In this document: one piece after another, positions 57,198 through 64,000 of the stretch
Position numbering within the stretch: position 1 is the first letter of the stretch
How the letters are laid out: each line of letters opens with the position of its first letter
Virus record (IMG/VR): IMGVR_UViG_3300013108_000147
Origin: an uncultured virus (IMG/VR IMGVR_UViG_3300013108_000147)
Lineage: Duplodnaviria; Heunggongvirae; Uroviricota; Caudoviricetes; Crassvirales
Direction: 5' to 3' (one strand)
Length of the DNA: 64,000 nt
Program-made: the position numbers and the translations under genes
Notes under the pieces: generated by a model
Told to the model about the DNA's origin: nothing
Database searches by the model: none
The model's input: the letters and a program-made list of their open reading frames with translations, nothing else

Positions 57198-58073
57198 TTA
57201 ATTATATTTTTTGTTATACCAAGCTAACTTGTTTAAATCTAGCTTAGCGTTATTAGACTTCATGCTTCCTCCGTTTATAAACAGTTTGATTGCTTTTTCT
57301 TTGTTTATAATGTTATTGGATTTGTTGTCTTCCTTAGGTGACCAACCTAGTCTAAGTATGTAGTTGAGTAGTGCGTCATTACTGATGTTGCTTAAGTCTA
57401 TCTCATCGGAATCTCTCTTAGACAACTTCTTTCCTGAACTGTGGCATACTAAACCTACGTGTGTAAATTTAGGTAAATCTTTTTCAATTACAAAACTTTC
57501 GTTCAATAATTTCCAAATTAATGTTTGTTTATACGTATTAGATATGTGGTCTACTCCGCGAACTATCCACGTTACATCTTCATCGTAGTCGTCTACTGTA
57601 GATGCAAAGTTGTATGCCGGTGAGCCGTCAGACTTCATTATAACTTGTTCTGAGGCGTACCCTGCAATTTGGTCGTTAGCTTTCTTTAAACCTGTCAAAG
57701 TATCTGTCCAACTACAAGCGTCAACTTTAGTGGTTCCGTCGTAAAGTTCGTAACCTTTATTAAGTCTTATACATCCGTCATCTTCGATAGCCATACCTAA
57801 TTCTACAAGTTGATTAGCTACTTCTCTATATCTGCCAAACCTCTCAGACTGCTTGAAAGTCTTGTCGTAGTCTAGACCAAGCCGTGATAGTGAATCAAAT
57901 ATGGGTTGTATAAGTTCCTCTCTACTACGTGTTAAGTCAGTGTCATCAACACGGACTATAAACTTAGAGTTTGTGTCTTGCTTAGATATAAGCCAATTGT
58001 GGTAAGCTGTTCTAAGTGTACCTATGTGTAACATACCAGTAGGTGATGGTGCTATTCTAACTATTTCTGCCAT
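57198..58073 (-). CDS. Glutamyl-tRNA synthetase-like protein, catalytic domain only
   Basis: 'RIAPSPTGMLHIG', 'RVDDTD..R', 'QSER', 'YNFASTVDD', 'VRGVDH', 'KKLSKR', 'LGWS'; 291 aa, no anticodon-binding domain. Confidence 0.9.
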   Translation of the reverse strand: MAEIVRIAPSPTGMLHIGTLRTAYHNWLISKQDTNSKFIVRVDDTDLTRSREELIQPIFDSLSRLGLDYDKTFKQSERFGRYREVANQLVELGMAIEDDGCIRLNKGYELYDGTTKVDACSWTDTLTGLKKANDQIAGYASEQVIMKSDGSPAYNFASTVDDYDEDVTWIVRGVDHISNTYKQTLIWKLLNESFVIEKDLPKFTHVGLVCHSSGKKLSKRDSDEIDLSNISNDALLNYILRLGWSPKEDNKSNNIINKEKAIKLFINGGSMKSNNAKLDLNKLAWYNKKYN

Positions 58074-58077
58074 TGTT

Positions 58078-58455
58078 TTAAAGTATTATTAATGTGTCGT
58101 ATAAACTGTTTTGTTCTTCTTTTGATAGAGAGTTCATAAAGTATTTGATATCTGATATATCTTCTAGCGTCTCTATAGCGCTTCTGACGTGGTGATTCGG
58201 GTCGTACACCTCTTTGAATAAAGATATAGCTTTGTTAACACTCGTTATACCCTCATCTAATTTAAGATGTTTGCCTATGCTTTTATTGTTCATAAGCATT
58301 TGGTCGTAATATAAATCCTCTACCCAAAGGTAGTTGTGGATTATCATAAGAAATCTTTGCGCCTTTTTCGCGTCTTTCACGTGGCTTTTATAACCTAGAA
58401 GTCTTATGTATCTTCTAAGAGCCTTTTGTCTATTTCTAATATCTTCTCTTGTCAT
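58078..58455 (-). CDS. Hypothetical protein
   Basis: 125 aa. Confidence 0.5.
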   Translation of the reverse strand: MTREDIRNRQKALRRYIRLLGYKSHVKDAKKAQRFLMIIHNYLWVEDLYYDQMLMNNKSIGKHLKLDEGITSVNKAISLFKEVYDPNHHVRSAIETLEDISDIKYFMNSLSKEEQNSLYDTLIIL

Positions 58456-58540
58456 TATTTCTGTTTTATTTCTTCAAAATGTATTTTATGGTAGCGACAT
58501 TCGTGTCGTTAGCATCGGCTTCAATTTTTATACAGAGCCG

Positions 58541-58738
58541 TTACCACCCATAAGAGTTGTACATTTTTACTATATCCTCTCTTGTTATAGTTGTGTCTTC
58601 CATAAATTCACCATAACCAAACATTTTGTGTTCATAGTGAAATTTTTGTGACTTAGATAATTTATTCCACCACTTAATAGCTTTATTACGTGTGGTAACA
58701 CCACCTAAATTTAATTTATTCTCTTCGTTCATAAACAT
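58541..58738 (-). CDS. Cassette ORF, hypothetical
   Basis: Stop TAA lies in the TAAC core at 58540-58543; starts within the hairpin. Confidence 0.55.
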   Translation of the reverse strand: MFMNEENKLNLGGVTTRNKAIKWWNKLSKSQKFHYEHKMFGYGEFMEDTTITREDIVKMYNSYGW

Positions 58739-58759
58739 AATTTTAGCTTAACCGTTGTA
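58692..58759. repeat. attC-like site 1
   Basis: GTGGTAAC...ctaaatttaatttat / ataaacataattttag...cGTTGTA. Confidence 0.65.
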
Positions 58760-58764
58760 AGTAA

Positions 58765-59058
58765 TTAAAGGTTCATTTCTTTTATTTTCATATAAACCAT
58801 CATTAGTTCAAACAAACTATAACTTGTTTTCTTATAAAGGTATATATTTTCTCCTTGTACGCTTACATACTTTTCACACCAATCATCAAAGGTCAGTTCC
58901 TTTTTGCTCTTTAACTCCGTACAACAATGTGTATAATTAATAGCTTCTATATCGTTCATTAAACAAGCTACTGTTTTAATTGTTTTTTTGTCTGCATCAG
59001 CTTTTTCTATGTAAAAATCTATTACTCTTTGCAATATCTGTTTCTTATAATTATCCAT
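58765..59058 (-). CDS. Cassette ORF, hypothetical
   Basis: 97 aa; starts in the loop of site 2 and reads through the arm (INYTHCC). Confidence 0.55.
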   Translation of the reverse strand: MDNYKKQILQRVIDFYIEKADADKKTIKTVACLMNDIEAINYTHCCTELKSKKELTFDDWCEKYVSVQGENIYLYKKTSYSLFELMMVYMKIKEMNL

Positions 59059-59116
59059 TTTTATTATTTTTAGTTATTATTCAAGCTACTAATCATACAC
59101 TCGTCCGTTATGCACC
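58920..59116. repeat. attC-like site 2 (long loop)
   Basis: TACAAC; arm gtgtataattaatagctt (58929-46) pairs 16/18 with aagctactaatcatacac (59083-100); cGTTATGC. Confidence 0.75.
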
Positions 59117-59296
59117 ATTACGCAAACTCTTACCTTGCTCTTTCGCCAAAGTTTTTAGTGTTTCCTTTTTTATTAAAATACCCTTACAAGGCATTGTTCT
59201 GCAAATTGTTTCACAGCCTTCTCTTTCCAATAAATCTAAACCGCATTTAGTGCAAGGTATCCTACCAAGTTCATTGTAAGTATCTACTACATCCAT
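59108..59296 (-). CDS. Cassette ORF, Cys-rich hypothetical
   Basis: CxxC motifs; stop in the TAAC core. Confidence 0.5.
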   Translation of the reverse strand: MDVVDTYNELGRIPCTKCGLDLLEREGCETICRTMPCKGILIKKETLKTLAKEQGKSLRNGA

Positions 59297-59317
59297 TTTT
59301 TACAATTTAAAATTAAC

Positions 59318-59365
59318 GGTGCATAACACCATATAAAATTCATTTCGTTCCTCCCGTTAGCCACA
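59318..59365. repeat. attC-like site 3 (right arm apparently missing)
   Basis: GGTGCATAAC-accatataaaattcatttcgttcctccc-GTTAGCC. Confidence 0.55.
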
Positions 59366-59566
59366 ATTAACAGGTTGCTCTTTTGCCATTGTAGCGTTTT
59401 CTAAAATACTTATAGCTTGGTTTAGTTCTGAGATAGCATCTAAATCAGCATCAGTATCGGGGCAAGGTGCATCTATCTTACAGTTTCTTTTTATAAAACT
59501 ATTTTCTATAAACGTATCCTTTGCTTTTTCTCGTTGTTCTTTTAGTTGTTGAATAATTCTTTCCAT
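59357..59566 (-). CDS. Cassette ORF, hypothetical
   Basis: Likely start MERIIQ at 59566; an in-frame upstream ATG lies in the site-4 loop; stop in the TAAC core. Confidence 0.5.
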   Translation of the reverse strand: MERIIQQLKEQREKAKDTFIENSFIKRNCKIDAPCPDTDADLDAISELNQAISILENATMAKEQPVNCG

Positions 59567-59573
59567 AATTAAA

Positions 59574-59680
59574 TTAACTGTGGCTAACACAAAAGATAGT
59601 GAATAGCCGATTAAACATTTGTTTTTCATAGCCAAGTTTAAGGTGTCGGCTACTCACCATATTCAAGCACGTTGTAGTTA
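59574..59680. repeat. attC-like site 4
   Basis: TGTGGCTAAC; atagtgaatagccga (59596-610) pairs 13/15 with tcggctactcaccat (59646-60); cGTTGTAG. Confidence 0.75.
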
Positions 59681-59890
59681 ATGTTTTTTACGAAACTTTC
59701 GCCATTTAATTTTAATCCATTCTACTAACACAATCACACCAAAGGCAAGTATTAATATCCCAAATATTGATAAACCTATTACGTCTTTCCAATTCCAAAA
59801 CATTGTTGTATCGTTACCGCAAGAGGTAAAAAACACTAACAACAACATTGTATATAGTGCATAGCTTGTTTTTGTTCTTAATCGTTTCAT
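59678..59890 (-). CDS. Cassette ORF, putative lipoprotein/membrane protein
   Basis: 'LLLVFFTSC' lipobox-like plus a TM helix; starts in the site-5 loop. Confidence 0.55.
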   Translation of the reverse strand: MKRLRTKTSYALYTMLLLVFFTSCGNDTTMFWNWKDVIGLSIFGILILAFGVIVLVEWIKIKWRKFRKKH

Positions 59891-59973
59891 TTTGCTTTTT
59901 ATTTAAGTTATTTATAAATCATTATTTCGTGCTATAAGGTCGCTACGACACCATACACTAAGCGTTGTGTGTA
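59837..59973. repeat. attC-like site 5
   Basis: TAACAACAAC; gtatatagtgcatagc / gctacgacaccatacac; cGTTGTGT. Confidence 0.7.
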
Positions 59974-59976
59974 ATG

Positions 59977-60363
59977 CTATACTTGCTTGTTAATTTCCTT
60001 AAAACACAATATACACTCAGGGTATTGTCTTCTACTATTAAAACTATAAAAACCGCCTTCCATATATTGTTTCCACAATTCACTTTTTCTTTTAATTTCT
60101 AAAACATCTACCAATAAAAATTTATTAGGATTTAATTTTACAAAATCCCAAGATTTTTTATCTAAAAATCCTTTAAAATCACCACTTTGTTTTAATGAGT
60201 TGTAATAATTACCTTCATTAATAGTGATAAAAGTTCCTCCGTATTCTCTTGTAAAAGTGTTAAGTTTTACTTTGTTTCCTTTTGATATTACAACTTGTTT
60301 TAAATCTTCTTTTGTCAGTTTTTCAGTATAAAATCTTTTTCTAAGTTTTGAAAGTTCACTCAT
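59977..60363 (-). CDS. Cassette ORF, hypothetical
   Basis: 128 aa, very AT-rich, entirely inside one unit. Confidence 0.55.
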   Translation of the reverse strand: MSELSKLRKRFYTEKLTKEDLKQVVISKGNKVKLNTFTREYGGTFITINEGNYYNSLKQSGDFKGFLDKKSWDFVKLNPNKFLLVDVLEIKRKSELWKQYMEGGFYSFNSRRQYPECILCFKEINKQV

Positions 60364-60396
60364 TATTTCTATATATCATTAATTAATAATCCGCAC

Positions 60397-60463
60397 TACA
60401 CACAACAATATGTATAGTGCATTTTCGTGCCTCAAACGACACCATACACTCAAAGTTAGCCAC
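60397..60463. repeat. attC-like site 6 (short)
   Basis: TACACACAAC-aatatgtatagtgcattt-tcgtgcctc-aaacgacaccatacactcaaa-GTTAGCC. Confidence 0.75.
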
Positions 60464-60728
60464 AATTAAATGCCTTTAACGTCTCTTCTATCATTGTTTG
60501 CCCTACGTAAGTATGTGTACTTTCATTAAATCTGTCTGCCAAATCATTTAACAGTTCACGTTGTTGGCTAACATCAGATAAAACAAATTCTATGTCATTG
60601 TCATTTATCCGATGGTCTGACCAAGTAATCGCACTTTGAAACAAATCATTCCAATCTGTTGTGCTCTTGTCTATTGTTACATCACTGCCTTCAATTTGTA
60701 GGTATATTTTTTTAGGTATATTTTTCAT
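60456..60728 (-). CDS. Cassette ORF, hypothetical
   Basis: Likely start MKNIPK at 60728 in the site-7 loop; reads through the arm (LSDVSQQR); stop in the TAAC core. Confidence 0.55.
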   Translation of the reverse strand: MKNIPKKIYLQIEGSDVTIDKSTTDWNDLFQSAITWSDHRINDNDIEFVLSDVSQQRELLNDLADRFNESTHTYVGQTMIEETLKAFNCG

Positions 60729-60764
60729 AATCAAACTTGTTTTATCTGTGATACGTTGTATCAC
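60565..60764. repeat. attC-like site 7 (long loop)
   Basis: TGGCTAAC; cagataaaacaaatt (60575-89) pairs 14/15 with aacttgttttatctg (60734-48); cGTTGTAT. Confidence 0.75.
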
Positions 60765-60766
60765 AT

Positions 60767-61000
60767 TTATGGTTGTTTAAATACATTGTCTGCCCACTTA
60801 ATATATTTCAAAGCATAATCAACACCTGTTAATATATAAGCTAAGTTTAGAGGTACTGCCAACACAATAAACACGATTGATAAGACAAGGTTTCCTACTG
60901 CATATCTTAAACGTGCTACAACACCGTATAAACTTAATTTAGGTTTCTTTTCTAATCCTAAACTTTTAATCATATATTCTGCGTCTATTTCTTTTTTCAT
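60767..61000 (-). CDS. Cassette ORF, membrane protein
   Basis: TM helix; crosses the half-site GTGCTACAAC at 60913-22 (LYGVVAR). Confidence 0.55.
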   Translation of the reverse strand: MKKEIDAEYMIKSLGLEKKPKLSLYGVVARLRYAVGNLVLSIVFIVLAVPLNLAYILTGVDYALKYIKWADNVFKQP

Positions 61001-61020
61001 AATTTCTGTTATTTAATTCA

Positions 61021-61434
61021 TTACACATCAATCAACTCGAATGATTTAGCATTTCTTGTTTTATCGTTCCAATATTTTTTGTTTAGTTCGTAAGCATCAG
61101 ACATTCTCAAACCCATAGTTTCAGCAAGTATGTAGAATGGTTTAGTTAAGTAGTTAAATGCTAATGTCATTTCTGTTGCATCTCCTTCAAAAATTACTTC
61201 TTTTTTGTCGTTTAAAATTTGTTTCATATCACTTCGTTGGCTAACAATAGATACACTCAAATTTTTAACCTTAGCTTCGAGCCATTCTACGTATTCATCA
61301 CAAAAACCATCTTCATAAGGTGTTTGTCCTGCGTAATCCTGTCTAACAGCCATCACACCATATCCGTTTTCTTTTTTAAACTTTTCTCTTAAATCCATAT
61401 TTACTTCTTTTTTGTCGTTTAAAATTTGTTTCAT
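61021..61434 (-). CDS. Hypothetical protein with duplicated N-terminus
   Basis: MKQILNDKKEV occurs twice. Confidence 0.5.
   Translation of the reverse strand: MKQILNDKKEVNMDLREKFKKENGYGVMAVRQDYAGQTPYEDGFCDEYVEWLEAKVKNLSVSIVSQRSDMKQILNDKKEVIFEGDATEMTLAFNYLTKPFYILAETMGLRMSDAYELNKKYWNDKTRNAKSFELIDV
61194..61434. repeat. 34-bp perfect direct repeat (61194-61227 and 61401-61434)
   Basis: ttacttcttttttgtcgtttaaaatttgtttcat x2. Confidence 0.9.
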
Positions 61435-61606
61435 CGCTCAATGTGGTTAAAAATTAACTTCATCACCCAAGCATTTTCAAACTCATACATACCACAAACT
61501 AAACGCGCTTCTTCTGCTGTTTCGTAGTAGTTAATTTTTCCGTTTTCGTCTTTCATATAGTCCATATTTCTAAGGTCTATAATTACATATTTGTTTTCCA
61601 TTCCGT

Positions 61607-61807
61607 TCATCTTGTTAGTTTTGAGTTAACTACATCGATAATAACCCAATCGTGAGCACCCTCTTTTTTAAATTCTTCTAACTCTCTTTCAGAGTCTAAG
61701 TAAAAGAAAATGTCATCGTCATCTTCTTCTATGTCTCCGATTTTTAGAACCATATCGTCTTGTATGTTTCCGTCATCTAACCATTTTATCGTTGCTATAA
61801 ATCTCAT
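61607..61807 (-). CDS. Hypothetical acidic protein
   Basis: Likely start MRFIAT. Confidence 0.45.
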   Translation of the reverse strand: MRFIATIKWLDDGNIQDDMVLKIGDIEEDDDDIFFYLDSERELEEFKKEGAHDWVIIDVVNSKLTR

Positions 61808-61885
61808 TTTAATCCCTTTTAATTTGTAAAACAATTTAATTCCACCCTTACACTTTGAGTGAGGGCTGATAGTGAATCGCTAATA

Positions 61886-62236
61886 TTAAACATTAAAACG
61901 ATTATATTCTTGAATAAATTCTACTACTGCCTTATATGTATCTTCTATAGTCCATATGTTTTCGTACCCCTCTGTAAGTTTTGAGAATGTTTCATCAAAT
62001 GGTGTGTTATAGTAATCATCCCCTATCTTTTGGACTACTGGCATCAGCCAATCCCAAGAGGTGTGGTATTTTAAATCACTAATTCTTTTAACGGCATAAG
62101 TACCACTTGGCAAACCCTCACTTCCTTTTACGCAAAGGATTCTTGATTCTCCTATTGTTTGTGGCAGGTTAATTAAATTTGGTACACTTGATGGTATACC
62201 ACTCATAAATTCTGCAATAAGTTTATTGTATTCCAT
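61886..62236 (-). CDS. Hypothetical phage protein
   Basis: 'NKLIAEFM...LKYHTSWDWLMPVV.KI...YKAVVEFI' motif, recalled from Bacteroidota phages. Confidence 0.6.
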   Translation of the reverse strand: MEYNKLIAEFMSGIPSSVPNLINLPQTIGESRILCVKGSEGLPSGTYAVKRISDLKYHTSWDWLMPVVQKIGDDYYNTPFDETFSKLTEGYENIWTIEDTYKAVVEFIQEYNRFNV

Positions 62237-62278
62237 GATTGTAATTTTTAAGTCTTAGGTTTTTTCGTTTAAAATAAA

Positions 62279-62298
62279 GCCCCCTATCTCTAGGGGGC
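62279..62298 (-). terminator. Terminator-like hairpin downstream of the peptidase gene
   Basis: GCCCCCTA-tctc-TAGGGGGC; T-rich tail on the - strand. Confidence 0.6.
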
Positions 62299-62338
62299 AG
62301 GTTAACAATTAAAACAAATAAAACAAATAAACAATATT

Positions 62339-63415
62339 TTAAAACGGTAAGTCTCCGTGTTCGTCAGTATCTTCTAGTAGCTCTTCTTCGTAAAAACCTT
62401 CGAAACTGTCTTTTGTCCAATCTTCTACTTCGTCATCAGATATGTAGTCTTGACAACCGTGGCACCAATGCATTTGGACTGTTTCGTCATACTCTAGCTC
62501 TCCGTATGTGCCACAAGACATACAGACTAAGTCGTCAGTATTACTAACATTGTTGCTTTCGGTGTCTACGAAGTCGTCATCATAGTAGTGGTCAAAGTAT
62601 CTTGAACCTCCGCCGTATTTGTGGTATCTAGACGTTGCCCATTGTGATAAGACCTCTCTGTCTGCAGTTTTGATAGTGAACTTTGTGCCACCTAAGTTGT
62701 CTATAACATCTTGGACAAAGTCTGCAGTTCTAAACACTTCGCTTATGATTATGTACTCATTGTCAGTGTGGGGGTCGTAGTATCCGCAAGACATATTTGC
62801 TACAGATACTTCTAAGCCATTCTTGGTTAACTGATATACATCTGTCAATCCTCCGTCAGCCTCTACCCTATCGTATTGTGCTAAGTAGGGTGCTACTGCT
62901 TGAGAGAATTCATCGCTATATAGTTTAGTGCTATAGATTGAAGATACAAAGTCTGCGTAACCTCGTCTATCACACTGAAGGACAAACCCTACATCTGAGA
63001 AGAAGGACATAAGAGCCACGCTACTGCCTACACAACCTACTTCCTCGTCTCTGAAGAACGCAACCTTTATGTTGTCAGTGTTGATAAGTGCTTGAAGGGC
63101 TACAAATATACCTACTTTATCGTCACCACCTATACCTACTCTCTCGTATTTATCGTTGATAGCGTAGAGTGCATCTTTATGGCGTTTAACATGAAATTCT
63201 TTCTCTATATCATGTACTGTGTCTGTGTGAGCTACTACGCAAGGGTAAGCGTCTGACTCACCTTTTGTTGCGTAGATGTTACCCTTGTTTTTACAAACCC
63301 TTACACCGGGGATAGTTGATATATAGTCTATTAAAAACTTGTTCATTTGTTTGGTATTGTAGCTAGTAGTTTGTACTGCCATTACCGATTTTAAATCTTT
63401 TAATCTGCTTTCCAT
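62339..63415 (-). CDS. M28/M20-type zinc exopeptidase with acidic Zn-ribbon tail
   Basis: 'AHTDTV', 'GGDDKVG', 'DEEVG', 'CDR', 'GYYDPHT..E'; CxxC...CxxC; ends DLPF. Confidence 0.8.
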   Translation of the reverse strand: MESRLKDLKSVMAVQTTSYNTKQMNKFLIDYISTIPGVRVCKNKGNIYATKGESDAYPCVVAHTDTVHDIEKEFHVKRHKDALYAINDKYERVGIGGDDKVGIFVALQALINTDNIKVAFFRDEEVGCVGSSVALMSFFSDVGFVLQCDRRGYADFVSSIYSTKLYSDEFSQAVAPYLAQYDRVEADGGLTDVYQLTKNGLEVSVANMSCGYYDPHTDNEYIIISEVFRTADFVQDVIDNLGGTKFTIKTADREVLSQWATSRYHKYGGGSRYFDHYYDDDFVDTESNNVSNTDDLVCMSCGTYGELEYDETVQMHWCHGCQDYISDDEVEDWTKDSFEGFYEEELLEDTDEHGDLPF

Positions 63416-63438
63416 TGTTTGTTTATTTAATGTTTTAA

Positions 63439-64000
63439 TTATTCTGATTCTTTCATCTCCTCTAAGTACTCTTCATAGTACTCAACTAACACGTACTCAT
63501 CGGCATCGGTAACATGATAATCAGAGTGCTCTAAGCTAAACTCTGTACCCGACTGAGCGCATGTTCCCATATCGTCACAATCCCTAACATAACCGCCGTT
63601 ATAATCTACGTAAATAGCGTGAGATTCGTGTATGTACTCTCCGTCAAGCAACTCTACTGCGTCATCGTTCAATATATACTCACCTGAATATTCGCAGTAA
63701 GTAGCGTTATCTATGTGTGTATTTATTCCTCTACTATCTATGTAAACAGCGTCTCCGCTATATATGTATCTATGATCCCAATCGTCGTACTCTCTTTCTT
63801 CCAAGTTACTGTGCTCACCTTCAGTAGACCTAAGCTCTGTTACCTCGTCACGGCTACTCAAGTACCCCGACAATTCTCCCGAATCTATATTAAGGTAGTA
63901 GAATGTGTCTAAGTAAGGGAATCCATCGTCATCACTTGGTATATGGTCAAGCATAATACTTATGTCTTCAGAGCTCTCTGTTTCATTTCCGTCAGGAGAC
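63439..64000 (-). CDS. Acidic Tyr/Asp-rich protein, 5' end outside the window
   Basis: Frame is open to the window edge; 'FPYLDTF' motif and 'CEYSGEYI'-like repeats. Confidence 0.6.
   Translation of the reverse strand, partial: SPDGNETESSEDISIMLDHIPSDDDGFPYLDTFYYLNIDSGELSGYLSSRDEVTELRSTEGEHSNLEEREYDDWDHRYIYSGDAVYIDSRGINTHIDNATYCEYSGEYILNDDAVELLDGEYIHESHAIYVDYNGGYVRDCDDMGTCAQSGTEFSLEHSDYHVTDADEYVLVEYYEEYLEEMKESE

Larger units (their letters stand above)
58540..60935. mobile_element. Integron-like gene-cassette array with attC-like sites (CALIN-like; no integrase in the window)
   Basis: Eight units starting GTT at 58540, 58754, 59107, 59356, 59671, 59964, 60455 and 60755; each ends in the reverse complement of its own start (..AAC), and the first seven are followed by an imperfect hairpin (one truncated). 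Confidence 0.75.

Noticed and set aside
58540..61260. CRISPR array as an explanation for the periodic repeats
   Set aside because: Units are 214-491 bp, contain ORFs and share structure rather than an identical direct repeat; no cas operon is present.
61845..61864. Hairpin CCCTTAAC-like stem (CCCTTAC...GTGAGGG) as an ncRNA or another att site
   Set aside because: It is a single short stem without flanking AAC/GTT cores; there is not enough evidence.

Overview
This window is most of an AT-rich dsDNA tailed-phage genome. A Bacteroidota (probably Flavobacteriaceae) host is inferred from recurrent TAnnTTTG promoters and A-rich leaders without Shine-Dalgarno motifs. The + strand (about 2-41.4 kb) carries a serine recombinase, tail-fibre-like and lysis genes, a GroES-like protein, terminase, portal, scaffold, major capsid, podovirus-type tail genes, ejection proteins and a 3083-aa polyvalent protein. 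This gene order resembles crAss-related Flavobacteriia podoviruses, but no virion RNA polymerase was recognised. The - strand (41.5-64 kb) carries nucleases, GroEL/GroES, family A DNA polymerase, a dNTP-diphosphohydrolase/HAD fusion, primase-helicase, SSB, DenV, a PspC-domain protein, a catalytic-domain-only glutamyl-tRNA-synthetase paralogue and an M28-like peptidase. The most striking unexplained structure is at about 58.5-61.3 kb: about 8 units of 214-491 bp, each bounded by its own GTTnnnn...nnnnAAC inverted repeat and separated by imperfect hairpins. This is an integron-cassette/attC-like array inside a phage with no integron integrase in the window, and several small ORFs start inside the hairpins and stop on the core TAAC. 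All product calls come from reading motifs by eye; no database searches were run.
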